From: an uncultured Planctomycetaceae bacterium
Lineage (GTDB): Bacteria; Planctomycetota; Planctomycetia; Pirellulales; PALSA-1355
Reading direction: 5' to 3'
Length of the DNA stretch: 64,000 nucleotides
NCBI GenBank assembly: GCA_963779015.1
Contig: CAVZWY010000029.1
Span: forward strand, 35,153 to 99,152
Part shown: in pieces, positions 9,647-20,587 of the stretch
Layout of the letters: each line of letters begins with the position of its first letter
Position numbering within the stretch: position 1 is the first letter of the stretch
The notes under the pieces: generated by a model
What the model was told of the DNA's origin: nothing
Seen by the model: the letters and a program-made list of their open reading frames with translations, nothing else
Database searches by the model: none
Position numbers and translations under genes: made by a program

Positions 9647-11179
9647 ATGTCCGTCGCCCCGTTACGAAAACATCCCCGCATCGCGGTGGCCGCGGCCCTG
9701 TTGATTGCCCTCGGCTCGGTGGCCGCGCTCGAGCGCACCGGCGCCATTGGCCAAGAACCGGCCATGGCGCCCAATCCCGCGGCGATTCAACATGCCAATA
9801 TGTTGTCCGAGGCGTTCAATCACGCCGCCGAAGTGGCGATGCCCAGCGTCGTCACCATCTATAGCAAGACCAAATCGCAACCGGTCTCGGGCGTACACCC
9901 GGGCAACGGCCGCAATCCTTTCAAAGGTACGCCGTTCGAGGAATTCTTCGAGGGTCGTGACTTCGAACAGTTCGGCCAGCAAATGCCCAACCATCCCCGC
10001 CAGGGAATGGGCTCCGGCGTGATTATCGATCGCTCGGGCATCGTGCTGACCAACAACCACGTGGTGGAAGGCGCCGACGAGGTCATCGTCCATTTGGCCG
10101 ATGGCCGCAATTTCGAAGCCGAGAACATCAAAACCGACTCGCAGACCGATCTGGCCGTTTTGCAGATCAAGGGGGCGGGTACGCTGCCGGCCGCCACACT
10201 GGGCGATTCGGACAAGCTGCGCATCGGCGACTGGGTGATGGCTATCGGCAACCCGTTCGAACTCGAACAGACGGTTAGCGCCGGCATCATCAGCGGCAAG
10301 GGGCGCGAGCTTCCTTCTTCCGCCCGCCAGGTTCGTACTCGCTTCCTGCAAACCGATGCGGCCATCAATCCGGGCAACTCCGGCGGTCCGCTCGTCGACT
10401 TGCACGGACACGTGATTGGTATCAACACGGCGATTGCCACCAACACGGGCACCTACTCGGGCATTGGCTTTGCCGTTCCGGTAAACGTCGCCAAGTGGGT
10501 CACCAACCAGTTGATCAACTCCGGCAAGGTCGAACGGGCCTGGCTGGGTGTCGGCATCCGTCCGATCTCGCCCGAGATGGCTCAGGCCTTCGGTGCTCAC
10601 CCCGGTTCGGGTGCGCTCGTCACCGACGTCGGCAAGAACACTCCGGCGGCGGAAGCGGGCTTCAAGCCTGGCGACATCGTGATGAAGTTCTCGGGCACCG
10701 ACGTGGCCGATCCGGCCGAGTTGCAACGTCTGGTCGAGCGTGTGCCGATCGGCAGCAAGCAATCGGTCGAAGTGTTGCGTGACGGCAAGACCATGACGCT
10801 CACCGTCGCTCCCAAGGCGCTGCCCGACGAGTTGGTATTCGCCTCGCAGCGCAGCCCACGCGACGAGCCTACGGCGATCACGCCGGAGGCCTTCGAGGAC
10901 AACGACCTGGGATTGGAAGTTTCCGACCTGACCGCCGAAAAGGCATCGGCCGCGGGCTTGAAGCCCAACGAAGGTGTGCTGATTACCGCGGTGAGTCCGG
11001 ATAGTCCGGCGTTTGAGAGGGGCCTGCACGAAGGGATGGTCATCCTCAAAGTCGGCAAGAAAGACGTCAAGAGCGTGGAAGAGTTCAAGGCCGCTCTAAA
11101 GGGCCAATCGCTCGAGCAGGGTATCCTGCTCTACGTTCACGCTCGCAACGGTAACGACTTCGTGTTGCTGAAGGATTAG
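9647..11179 (+). CDS. degP: Do/DegP (HtrA) serine protease with two PDZ domains
   Basis: Signal peptide, TNNHVV, DLAVL, TDAAINPGNSGGPL, two PDZ-like domains; RBS aggagg. Confidence 0.93.
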   Translation: MSVAPLRKHPRIAVAAALLIALGSVAALERTGAIGQEPAMAPNPAAIQHANMLSEAFNHAAEVAMPSVVTIYSKTKSQPVSGVHPGNGRNPFKGTPFEEFFEGRDFEQFGQQMPNHPRQGMGSGVIIDRSGIVLTNNHVVEGADEVIVHLADGRNFEAENIKTDSQTDLAVLQIKGAGTLPAATLGDSDKLRIGDWVMAIGNPFELEQTVSAGIISGKGRELPSSARQVRTRFLQTDAAINPGNSGGPLVDLHGHVIGINTAIATNTGTYSGIGFAVPVNVAKWVTNQLINSGKVERAWLGVGIRPISPEMAQAFGAHPGSGALVTDVGKNTPAAEAGFKPGDIVMKFSGTDVADPAELQRLVERVPIGSKQSVEVLRDGKTMTLTVAPKALPDELVFASQRSPRDEPTAITPEAFEDNDLGLEVSDLTAEKASAAGLKPNEGVLITAVSPDSPAFERGLHEGMVILKVGKKDVKSVEEFKAALKGQSLEQGILLYVHARNGNDFVLLKD

Positions 11180-11287
11180 CCTCTCACGGGCCATCGGCCC
11201 TGGGAGAGCGGCCTGCACAAAAGCCACCCAAGGAGTTGCCAAAAACGCCGCGGTTTGTTGCATGCTCGGCGTCTGGTAGCAAGGCCA

Positions 11288-11320
11288 GGGGCGTCCGGTC
11301 GAACCGGGCGCCCCTTTTTT
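11288..11320 (+). terminator. Intrinsic terminator downstream of degP
   Basis: ggggcgtccggt-cga-accgggcgcccc followed by T6. Confidence 0.85.
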
Positions 11321-11495
11321 GCGCCGAAAGAGGGAATTGCCCCTCGATCGAGTGAACACTTGACCGCGCCCCGCGGTACCCGAACAATTCCCATGGGCCG
11401 ACCTCCTCCCTCGCCGATTTCGCGGCGATGTACGTATCGCATGCAACCGCGCATGGGCACCGTGGCCAACACGCGTCTCTCGAAGAGTTGCGAGC

Positions 11496-12866
11496 ATGAT
11501 GGCGGATCAACCACGCATCGCGATTGGAACCACGCAGGCCAAGGCCGACGGGACCGCTTTGTTGTGGGCCTTGATGGACGTGTTGGAAACCAACGGCGTC
11601 CGCGTGCAAGAGTTTCTTTCGCGTGCCTGTTTTCCACTTCATGACGGCGCCACGGCGATTACGGGTCAATCGCCGCGCCACTTGGACAGTTGGCTAATGT
11701 GTCCCGAAGTCTGCCGCAGCCTGTTTCTGCGCGGCACGCGCTGGTGCGACCTGGCTATCGTCGAGGGATGTTTCGACTTCCATGGCTCGTCCGGCGAAAA
11801 AGGGGGCAGCCTGGCCACGCTGTGCGATTGGCTCGACCTGCCGCGGCTGGCGACCGTCGACGTCCGGCTACTAGGCGGCTGCTGCCTGCCCGAGCGACCG
11901 GCCGGCGTGGAAGGCCTGTTGCTCGACGGCGTGCGCGACGTAAGCGAGGCCTGCCGCTGGCAAACTCATTTCGAGGCCCATTGGAACGTGCCCGTGTTGG
12001 GTTGGCTGCCCGCGGTTGCAGAGCTTCGCGAGTTGATCCAACATCTGCCGCCGGGGCGACACCCGTGCGTGGAGCTTTGCCATGCTTTGGGACAGCAGCT
12101 CGCGAGCAGGCTGAAATGGGACGCACTATGCCGTTTTGCCGTAAACCGCCCAAGCAAAGCCGAAGCTTCGGTCGAATGTCCTTTGCCTGCCTGTCGGACC
12201 CAATCGCTCAACCGTCCGTTGCAGGTGGCCGTGGCATGCGACGAGGCTTTTGGCGGCTACTTTCCCGATACGCTGGAACTTCTGGAGGCGCGCGGCGCGC
12301 GAGTTTGTGATTTCTCACCGTTGCGCGACGACCGCCTGCCGCCCGGCACCGACGTCGTGTACGTCGGTTGCGGCCATCCCGAGTTGTTCGCCGAAGCGCT
12401 GGCCGGCAACGATTGCATGATGCTCTCGCTCAAGAGCCATCTCTGCTCGGGCCGGCGCATTTATGCCGAGTGCGGCGGGCTGGCCTATCTGGCCCACGAA
12501 CTCGAAATGCCCGACGGCACGCACTGGCCGATGGTCGGCGCGTTGAACGTCACGGCCTGCTATCACGACACCCCGACGCCGCCGGAAGCAACCGAACTGA
12601 CGCTGCTGGCCGACACCTGGCTGGGCCAGTCGCCGCAGCACTGGCGCGGGTATCTCAATCCCCACTGGACCATCGCTCCGCACACGACCAGCGAGCGCTC
12701 GGTTGCGGAAAGCGGTCACGAGCTCGACGTGATCCACCGGCACCAGGCCATCGGCAGCCGGATGTACGTCGACTTTGCCGCGCGGCAGGACTTGCTCGAC
12801 CGGTTCTTCGAGCCGCATCACCAGCCGCCCCCCGACGCGAACCTCGGCGGCTGCCGGCGACTCTAA
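11496..12866 (+). CDS. Cobyrinate a,c-diamide synthase (CobB/CbiA)-like protein with degenerate motifs
   Basis: [32 protein letters not shown] and YAECGGL.YL match the CbiA/GATase layout; P-loop GKT absent. Confidence 0.75.
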   Translation: MMADQPRIAIGTTQAKADGTALLWALMDVLETNGVRVQEFLSRACFPLHDGATAITGQSPRHLDSWLMCPEVCRSLFLRGTRWCDLAIVEGCFDFHGSSGEKGGSLATLCDWLDLPRLATVDVRLLGGCCLPERPAGVEGLLLDGVRDVSEACRWQTHFEAHWNVPVLGWLPAVAELRELIQHLPPGRHPCVELCHALGQQLASRLKWDALCRFAVNRPSKAEASVECPLPACRTQSLNRPLQVAVACDEAFGGYFPDTLELLEARGARVCDFSPLRDDRLPPGTDVVYVGCGHPELFAEALAGNDCMMLSLKSHLCSGRRIYAECGGLAYLAHELEMPDGTHWPMVGALNVTACYHDTPTPPEATELTLLADTWLGQSPQHWRGYLNPHWTIAPHTTSERSVAESGHELDVIHRHQAIGSRMYVDFAARQDLLDRFFEPHHQPPPDANLGGCRRL

Positions 12867-12997
12867 CTATCCGCAGGCGCTCCTGCCAGGCGTTCCACCG
12901 CTAGTAAGCCAGCGCCTTGCTTGGCATACTGGTGCGATTCGACAGCGACGATCCTTTTCAACTGGCAGGTCTTTTCACTTGGCGTGCGCGGGCGATC

Positions 12998-13710
12998 ATG
13001 GCACTTCTGGGCGTCAATATCGATCACGTGGCCACGGTGCGTCAGGCCCGCCGCACCAACGAGCCCGATCCGGTTTGGGCGGCCACGCTGGCCGAACTGG
13101 GCGGCGCCGACGGCATCACGATCCATCTCCGCGAAGACCGCCGCCACATCCAGGACCGCGATCTGCGCGTGCTGCGGGAAACGGTCACCGTGAAATTGAA
13201 TCTCGAACTGGCTTCCGCGCCGAGATCGTGGCCATCGCCTGCCAGTACAAACCGCACCAGGCCACGCTGGTGCCGGAGAAGCGAGAGGAAGTGACCACCG
13301 AGGGCGGGCTCGACGTGCTGGCCAATCGCCAGCGCGTCGCCGATGCGATCGAGCAACTGCGCGATGCTGGCATCTCGATCAGCCTGTTTCTCGATCCCGA
13401 CGAACGTCAGATCACCGCCGCCGCCGAACTGGGCGCCGAAGCGGTGGAACTCCACACCGGCGAATATGCTCTGGCCGTCGGCGAGGAAAAACAGGCAGCC
13501 GAATTGGCCAAGCTGACCGCTGCCGCCAAGCAAGTCCGCGACGCCGGGCTGATCCTGCACGCGGGCCACGGACTCACCTATCGCAACGTCAAACCCGTGG
13601 CGGCCATCCCCGCCATGACCGAGCTGAACATCGGCCACAGCATCGTTGCCCGAGCACTGATGGTTGGCTTCGAACAGGCGGTGCGCGAGATGAAACGTTT
13701 GGTGTCGTAG
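12998..13710 (+). CDS. pdxJ: Pyridoxine 5'-phosphate synthase (apparent frameshift ~13218)
   Basis: [57 protein letters not shown]. Confidence 0.95.
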
Positions 13711-13840
13711 CTGAATTCGCACGTATTTAGCCCGCGACATGCGCACATTGACCTGCCACCCCTGATTGCCACCCCACCGCGCACTTCGCTATGATGCGGC
13801 CTGACCCGGTACCCAGTGCAATTCGATCGAGCTTGTTGCC

Positions 13841-14728
13841 ATGACTACCAAAGGCGAAGAGTTTTCCGGTTTGAGCGTTGCGCTCGTCACTCCATTTCGT
13901 GACGGCGCCGTCGACTACGATACGCTGCGCGCGCAGGTCGATTTCCAGGTCGACGCCGGCACGGTTTGCGTCTGTCCGGTGGGCACGACCGGTGAATCGC
14001 CGACGCTGTCGCACGACGAGCACGAACGGGTGATCGCCTCGGTGGTGGAATTCGCCGCCGGCCGCGTCAAAGTAATGCCCGGCACCGGCTCCAACAGCAC
14101 GTCCGAAGCGTTGCGGCTGACCAAGTTCGCCAAGCAAGCTGGCGCCGATGCGGCGTTGGTGGTCGCTCCTTATTACAACAAGCCCACGCAAGAGGGCTTC
14201 TACCAGCACTTTCGCGCATTGGCCGAGACGGTCGACATTCCTATTTGCGTGTACAACATCCCTGGGCGCACGGGCAAGAACATCGAGCCGGAGACGATCG
14301 CCCGCCTGGGCGAGTTGCCCAGCATCACGATGGTCAAGGAGGCCACCGGCTCGATGGATCAGGCGTCGCAAGTGATGGCGCTGTCGAATCTGACCGTGCT
14401 ATCCGGCGACGACAGCCTCACGCTGCCGTTGCTGGCGATCGGCGCCCGCGGCGTGATTTCGGTGGTGGGCAACATCATTCCTCAGGACATGATCGCGCTG
14501 GTCACCGCCTTTCAGAGCGGCAATCAGGCTGACGCGCTCAACTGGCATCGCAAGCTGTTCCCGCTGTGCCGGGATATGCTAGGGCTGGCCACCAATCCCA
14601 TTCCCGTCAAAGCCGCCATGCAGATGCTGGGGCGCGACACGGGCGAGCTTCGCATGCCGATGACGCCTCTGGACGGCCCCAGCGAAGCCAAGCTCCGCAA
14701 GACGCTGGGGCACTATGGGTTGCTGTAG
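13841..14728 (+). CDS. dapA: 4-hydroxy-tetrahydrodipicolinate synthase
   Basis: [23 protein letters not shown], Schiff-base KEA, SGDD, NPIPVK. Confidence 0.96.
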   Translation: MTTKGEEFSGLSVALVTPFRDGAVDYDTLRAQVDFQVDAGTVCVCPVGTTGESPTLSHDEHERVIASVVEFAAGRVKVMPGTGSNSTSEALRLTKFAKQAGADAALVVAPYYNKPTQEGFYQHFRALAETVDIPICVYNIPGRTGKNIEPETIARLGELPSITMVKEATGSMDQASQVMALSNLTVLSGDDSLTLPLLAIGARGVISVVGNIIPQDMIALVTAFQSGNQADALNWHRKLFPLCRDMLGLATNPIPVKAAMQMLGRDTGELRMPMTPLDGPSEAKLRKTLGHYGLL

Positions 14729-15023
14729 CTGACCGCGGTGCCGGGAAACCCCGCCAAATTCGCTCAGCCGTTGAAAAGCGGTCCAGTTGTAGCCGTTGCG
14801 CCGGTCGTCAGCGGACAATTTTCTCGGCCGTGGCACGGCGAACAAATCGCGAAAGCACGCGATTTTGAGAGGGGTTTTTTGATTTCGATACGACTTGTGG
14901 GCGTGCACCCGCATTGCGCGGCTCTGCGAAGTGCCATCCGCCAACTGGGCGTTGTTGACGTATGGTTCAAGTTGCGTGGGAACTCGCGACGCGGTTTGCA
15001 GATTTCCGGGACGCAGGTTTGCG

Positions 15024-15970
15024 ATGATTGTGCCAGAGTCTTGGTGGCTGCTGCTTATCGGCATCACGCTGCTGACGTCCGCCGCCGTGTTCGGATATCG
15101 GTTTGGCCGCGCGCGGTCTCGCCGCGTAGGGGCCGAGCGTTCCGGCCAGCGCACCGAGATCCAACGGGCGCTGTCGGTCATCGAAGACTTGAATGGCATT
15201 GCCGCGCGGCTGCGCAAGGCAATCTCGCAGCATGGCGGCGCCACGCGGCGCTTCACGTCCAGACTGACGCGCTGCGCAGCGCGCCGGACTTCTCGCATCA
15301 CGATCTGTGCGACCGCGCCGAGGAAATGCTCAAACACGCCAACCGGCTGACGGGCGAAATCTCGTTTGCCTACGCCAGTCTGCTGCAACAGATGACGCAA
15401 CTTTCCGCCTTCACCGAGCTGCGTGCCGACCCGCTCACCGGCGCGGCCAATCGGCAGGCGCTCGACGAAGCGCTCGGCGAAATTCTCGCCGGACTTTCGC
15501 GGCATTCGACGCCCACGACGCTGGCCTTTGTCGACATCGACTTCTTCACGCAACTCAACGACTCGCGCAGCAGGCTGCAGGGCGACCGCGTGCTGGTGGC
15601 GCTGGTCGAACTGTTGCGAACGCAGATTCGCCCTTGCGATTTGCTGGCCCGCTACGGCGGCGAAAAGTTCGTGATCGTGATGCCCCAGACCGATCTATCC
15701 GTGGGAGCCGACCTGGTTGAAACCATGCGCCGCGCCATCCAGTCGAAGCTGCCGGTGACGGTGAGCGCGGGTCTGGCCGCTTCGGCCCATGGAGACACGT
15801 GCGGCACGCTGTTCAACCGGGCCGAAAGCGCGGTGGCCAAGGCCAAAGGCGCCGGCCGCAACTGCGTCTACCTTCACGAAGGCACGCTGGGACGCATCGT
15901 GGGATTCGAGGCCAGGCCGGCGGCGTTTGCAGCCACAACGGCTCTGTCAAGAATTTCTCTGTTCGCGTGA
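15024..15970 (+). CDS. Membrane-anchored GGDEF-domain protein with degenerate GGEKF site (apparent frameshift ~15275)
   Basis: N-terminal TM (WWLLLIGITLL..) in one frame; DPLTG..NR, DID, RYGGEKF, TVSAG and AK..GRN in the next. Confidence 0.8.
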
Positions 15971-16248
15971 ACTACCAAGGATTCGCATGCGTCCCAACAA
16001 TGCCAGACATCGCAATACGGCTGGCTTGCGCGCTTTGAACACCGTTTGCCTTGGCGACGATTCGCACGCTACAATCCCCAGTCCGCACTCGATTCGTGCC
16101 GCACGCCCCGCCCAAGGGATTGTGTGGACAGGATTTCCGCTGAGTGAAATGGCGCAACTAGTGCGGCTTTTGGCCGCTTGAGCGTCGTCGGTCATGGCCG
16201 CCGGCCCCAAGGGGACCGCGTGGCCGACGGCGTGATGACGGAATGACT

Positions 16249-17487
16249 ATGCCGCTTACTTATGACGACGTTGTCGAAGCGCAGCAGCGCATCGCCAGTG
16301 GCATTTACGAGTCGCCGTGCCCCGCGTCGATTCCTCTCTCGGAGCTGGCCGGCTGCCAGGTTTTTTGCAAGCTGGACTACCTGCAACGGACCGGCAGCTT
16401 CAAGGAGCGCGGCGCGCGCAATGCTTTGCTGCTGCTGCCCGCGGCGCAGCGATCGCGCGGAGTCATTTCCGCGTCGGCCGGCAACCATGCCCTGGGCCTG
16501 GCCTATCACGGCAAGCTGCTGAGTATTGGCGTCACGGTTGTCATGCCCAAGTACGCGCCGCTCATCAAGCAAAGCACCTGCCGCCGCTTCGGCGCGCAGG
16601 TCATCCTCTTTGGCGAAACATTCCAAGAGGCGTTTGACCGGGCCCACGAACTGGCTTGCGAGCGGCAACTGCACTACATCCACGGCTTCGACGACCCAGC
16701 GATCATTGCCGGCCAGGGAACGGTCGGGCTGGAGATTCTGGAGCAGGTGCCCGACGTCGAAGCGATCGTCGTGCCGGTGGGCGGTGGCGGACTGCTGGCG
16801 GGCATCGCGCTGGCCGTGAACCATCTGCGCCCCGAGGTACGACTGTTCGGCGTCGAGGCACAACGCGCGCCCGGCTTCGTCGCGGCGCAATCGGCCGGTC
16901 ATCCGGTGCGCGTGCCGGTCGAACCCACGCTGGCCGACGGACTGGCGGTGTCCAAGGTGGGCGAGTTGGCCTTTTCGCTCGCCGCGCCGCGCGTCGAGCG
17001 CGTGGTTACCGTCGACGAGGAATCGATTGCGCTATCGATGCTGCGACTGGTCGAGTTGGAAAAAAGCGTCGTCGAAGGCGCCGGCGCCACCACGCTGGCC
17101 GCCTGCATGGCTGGCAAGCTGCCCGAGATCGCCGCACTGCGCACCGTCTTGGTGCTCTCTGGCGGCAACGTGGATCCGTCGGTCCTGGGACGCGTGATTG
17201 ACATTGGGCGGGTGGCCGACGGCCGCCTCTGCCGCTTCACCGCCGTGGTGAGCGACCGTCCGGGCGGACTGGCCCGCTTGACGCAAGTCATCGCCGACGC
17301 CGGCGCAAGCATTCAAGACATCCTGCACGATCGGGCTTTTGCCGGACCCGACGTCGGGCTGGCCCACGTGCTCTGCACGGTTGAAACGGAAGACCGCCAA
17401 CACATGGAACGCGTGTTCGCGCGACTTTCCGCTGCCGGCATTCGCGTACTGAGCGATTTCGATCAGCAGGAGGGACCCGGAGCATGA
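16249..17487 (+). CDS. ilvA: Threonine ammonia-lyase with C-terminal ACT domain
   Basis: QRTGSFKERGA (PLP Lys), SAGNHA, PVGGGGL, SGGN, DRPGGL. Confidence 0.92.
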   Translation: MPLTYDDVVEAQQRIASGIYESPCPASIPLSELAGCQVFCKLDYLQRTGSFKERGARNALLLLPAAQRSRGVISASAGNHALGLAYHGKLLSIGVTVVMPKYAPLIKQSTCRRFGAQVILFGETFQEAFDRAHELACERQLHYIHGFDDPAIIAGQGTVGLEILEQVPDVEAIVVPVGGGGLLAGIALAVNHLRPEVRLFGVEAQRAPGFVAAQSAGHPVRVPVEPTLADGLAVSKVGELAFSLAAPRVERVVTVDEESIALSMLRLVELEKSVVEGAGATTLAACMAGKLPEIAALRTVLVLSGGNVDPSVLGRVIDIGRVADGRLCRFTAVVSDRPGGLARLTQVIADAGASIQDILHDRAFAGPDVGLAHVLCTVETEDRQHMERVFARLSAAGIRVLSDFDQQEGPGA

Positions 17488-18152
17488 CCGCCAGCGTATC
17501 CGATCGAGCGCAGGTACTGCAGCAAACGGCCGACCACGTGCGCCGATTGTTGAGCGACGATGCCTCGGGCCACGATTGGTGGCACATCGACCGGGTCAGG
17601 CAATTGGCGCTGCACATCGGCCGGAGCGAACAGGCCGATTTGTACGTCGTGGAACTGGCGGCGCTGTTGCACGACATTGCCGATTGGAAGTTTCACGACG
17701 GCGACCTTGCCGTTGGTCCGCGGCGAGCCGCCGATTGGCTGGCCGGATTGGGCGTCGATCGGGCCACGATCGACCAGGTGGCCGAGATTATCGCCCAGGT
17801 GTCATACAAAGGGGCCGGTGTCGCCACGCCGATGAAAACGCTGGAGGGCGCCGCCGTACAAGACGCTGACCGGCTCGACGCGCTGGGCGCGATCGGCATT
17901 GCCCGCACGTTTGCCTATGGCGGACATGCCGGCCAGCCGATGCACGACCCGACGCTGGCGCCGCGGCCGCACGATTCGTTCGCAGCGTATAAGAGCGCCA
18001 AGAGCACGACGATCAATCACTTTTACGAGAAGTTGCTGCTGTTGAAGGATCGCCTGCAAACGCCCACCGGCCGACGCCTGGCCGCCGAGCGGCATGCGTT
18101 CGTGCAGCAATTTCTCGATCGGTTTCACTTGGAATGGCGAGGAGAGGCTTAA
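17484..18152 (+). CDS. HD-domain phosphohydrolase (YedJ-like)
   Basis: GHDWWHI.RV, LLHDIAD, QDADRLDALGAIG, HFYEKLL. Confidence 0.9.
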   Translation: MTASVSDRAQVLQQTADHVRRLLSDDASGHDWWHIDRVRQLALHIGRSEQADLYVVELAALLHDIADWKFHDGDLAVGPRRAADWLAGLGVDRATIDQVAEIIAQVSYKGAGVATPMKTLEGAAVQDADRLDALGAIGIARTFAYGGHAGQPMHDPTLAPRPHDSFAAYKSAKSTTINHFYEKLLLLKDRLQTPTGRRLAAERHAFVQQFLDRFHLEWRGEA

Positions 18153-18162
18153 GCGCGACACA

Positions 18163-18747
18163 ATGAGCGAGTTTCACGGAATCATTTTCGATTGCGACGG
18201 CACGTTGGCCGACACGATGCCCAGCCACTACGAAGCCTGGATGACGATCCTCGCCCGCTATGAACTGGCGATGACGGAAGACCGCTTTTACGCGCTGGGG
18301 GGCTGGCCCACGCGCAAAGTGGCCGAACTGTTGGCGTGCGAGGCCGGCCGCACGATCGACATCGACCAACTGGCCGAGGAAAAGGAATTGCTGTTCGAGC
18401 AGTTCGTGCACCTGGTGCAGCCCATTGGGCCGGTGTTTGATGTGGTGCAAGCCCACCGCGGCAAGCTGCCGATTGCCGTGGCCACCGGCGCCGTGCGTCC
18501 GATCTGCGAACGCATTCTGCGGCAAATCGAACTTCACGACGCGTTCGACGCCATCGTGAGCGCCGACGACGTCGAGCACCACAAGCCCGCGCCTGACATT
18601 TTTCTGGAAGCGGCCCGTCGCCTGGGCGTCGATCCGAAGCGCTGCTGCGTTTATGAAGATACCGACCCAGGCATTGAAGCGGCCCGGCGAGCCGGCATGG
18701 AGCCGATCGACGTCCGCAAGTTTCATACCCCCCGCCGCGTCACCTGA
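18163..18747 (+). CDS. HAD-family phosphatase (YqaB/beta-PGM-like)
   Basis: FDCDGTLADT, KPAPDIF, ED...GIEAA..AGM. Confidence 0.9.
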   Translation: MSEFHGIIFDCDGTLADTMPSHYEAWMTILARYELAMTEDRFYALGGWPTRKVAELLACEAGRTIDIDQLAEEKELLFEQFVHLVQPIGPVFDVVQAHRGKLPIAVATGAVRPICERILRQIELHDAFDAIVSADDVEHHKPAPDIFLEAARRLGVDPKRCCVYEDTDPGIEAARRAGMEPIDVRKFHTPRRVT

Positions 18748-18782
18748 CGCAATGGTCGCATTCACGAACGGAGCACGATCCG

Positions 18783-19346
18783 ATGATCGATTTTGGCGCC
18801 ACATTCTCCGCGGGACTTGCTTATCAGGACTTTCTGCAGCAGCACGGCACCGACGAGCATCGCCGTCGCTGGCAGGGCATGTACGACCGCGTGCAACTCA
18901 CCGCTGCCCAGCGCGATCTGCTGGCTTCCTTTCAGCGCGAGATGAAAGTCCTTTGCTTCGCCGGCGCGTGGTGCGGCGATTGCGTGAACCAGTGCCCCAT
19001 ATTCGAGCACTTCGCGCAGGCCAACCCTAAGATCGCGGTGCGCTATTTCGATCGCGACACGCATCCCGACCTGGGAGCGGAGCTGAAGGTGTGCGGCGGC
19101 GCCCGCGTGCCGGTGGTGGTGGTTCTCAGTGAAGACGACGCCGAGGTCACCCGCTTCGGCGACCGCACGCTCGCGCACTATCGCAAACTGGCCGCCGATC
19201 AATTAGGGCCATCCTGCCCCACGGGCCTGGTCCCGCCCGAACAAGAGTTGATCAACACGGTCACGCAAGAATGGCTCGACATCTTCGAGCGGGCGCAGCT
19301 TATTTTGCGCACCGACGCCCGGCTGCGGGAAAAGCACGGGGACTGA
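18783..19346 (+). CDS. Thioredoxin-family protein
   Basis: GAWCGDC motif and RVP cis-Pro loop. Confidence 0.85.
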   Translation: MIDFGATFSAGLAYQDFLQQHGTDEHRRRWQGMYDRVQLTAAQRDLLASFQREMKVLCFAGAWCGDCVNQCPIFEHFAQANPKIAVRYFDRDTHPDLGAELKVCGGARVPVVVVLSEDDAEVTRFGDRTLAHYRKLAADQLGPSCPTGLVPPEQELINTVTQEWLDIFERAQLILRTDARLREKHGD

Positions 19347-19438
19347 CGCGGGGGGAGACCGGCATCCCGCCGGTGCCACGCTTGCTATATCGACGGCGTC
19401 GAATAGTCTTGGACTGAAGGTCCAATCCATTGAACCTT

Positions 19439-19642
19439 GGGCTGAAGGCCCAAACCATACCAGCCAGGGGCAATTGCCTGGTTTGGGCACGTCGCGCCTG
19501 ATGCGAGCCCTGAAGGGGTGATCGATGGACTCGTGTGCGCGGCGTTGCTGTTGTGTGCCGCCCCGATGGGGATTGGACGAATCTGGATACCGACGATTCC
19601 AGGGGCGATGCCCCCGTCTGGTATAGGTCGGGCCGTTGGCCC
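19439..19642. repeat. Long imperfect inverted repeat (REPIN/MITE-like) between convergent genes
   Basis: gggctgaaggcccaaaccataccagccaggggca pairs imperfectly with tgcccccgtctggtataggtcgggccgttggccc; internal short hairpins. Confidence 0.6.
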
Positions 19643-19707
19643 TCGATTGGCACTGTCACTCGCCGCGAACTCGAGAACACGATGCTGGATCGCGCGCTAC
19701 TGCCGCA

Positions 19708-20578
19708 TTAGTAAAGCGCCGTCGACAGTCGCCGGCGATATTCGCTTACCAACGGGGAATCGTCGGGCAGCAGGCGGAACACGTCGACCATCAATTCTCG
19801 GGCGCGATCTTTCGTTTCCTTGTCGTGCGCTTGCACTACTTCCAGTGCTGTCTCCAGGGCTTCCTGCTGCTCGCCCGCGGCGGCCAGGCCTTCGGCCAAC
19901 TCGATCTTGGCGCCGAGATCCTTCTCGTTCGCCGCGACTTTGGAACGCAGCGCCTCCAAGTCGCGCGGCGCGTGCTCGGCGGCCATTACGTGCAGCCGGG
20001 CTTTGATCTTTTCGGCTTCTTCTTCCAGGAAGCCGCGCTCTTCCAACTCGGCGATGATCGCGCGACTTTCGTCCGCGCGGTCCTGATCCAACAACAACTC
20101 GGCCAGTCCGATTTGCGCCGAACAGATTCGGATCCAACGCGGCCGCTTCACGATACTTCGCCTCGGCGGCCTTGGCGTCGCTGGCCGCTAACGCCCGCGC
20201 TTCCATTCCCAGCGCCTCGGCCGGCGAAGGCAACATCCGGTCGATCCATTGCCGCAACTGGCCCTCGTCGCGCAGCCCCACGAAGAAGTCCAGCAGGTTG
20301 CCGTCACGCAGGGCATACACGGCCGGAATCGATTGCACGCCAAAGCCGGCGGCGATGTTCGGCAGCTTTTCCGTCTCGGCTTTCACCAGCAGGAACTTGC
20401 CGTCGTAGTCTTTGGCGAGCTTTTCCAGAATCGGCCCCAGCAACCGACAGGGCTGGCACCACTCGGCCCAAAAGTCGATCACGACCAGCACCTGCCGCGA
20501 GCGCTCGACGACCTCTTGTTGAAACGTGGCTTCCTCGGCGTCGAGGATCCAAGGCGACTTGTCGTGCGACTCGGTCAT
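19708..20578 (-). CDS. cnoX: CnoX/YbbN chaperedoxin (thioredoxin + TPR), apparent frameshift ~20115
   Basis: DFWAEWCQPC, VQSIPAV, TPR region ending YRRRLSTALY. Confidence 0.88.
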
Positions 20579-20587
20579 GGTGTTTTC

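Noticed and set aside
11330-11495. Cobalamin riboswitch upstream of the cobB-like gene
   Set aside because: No recognisable B12-box or conserved core; the gene itself looks degenerate
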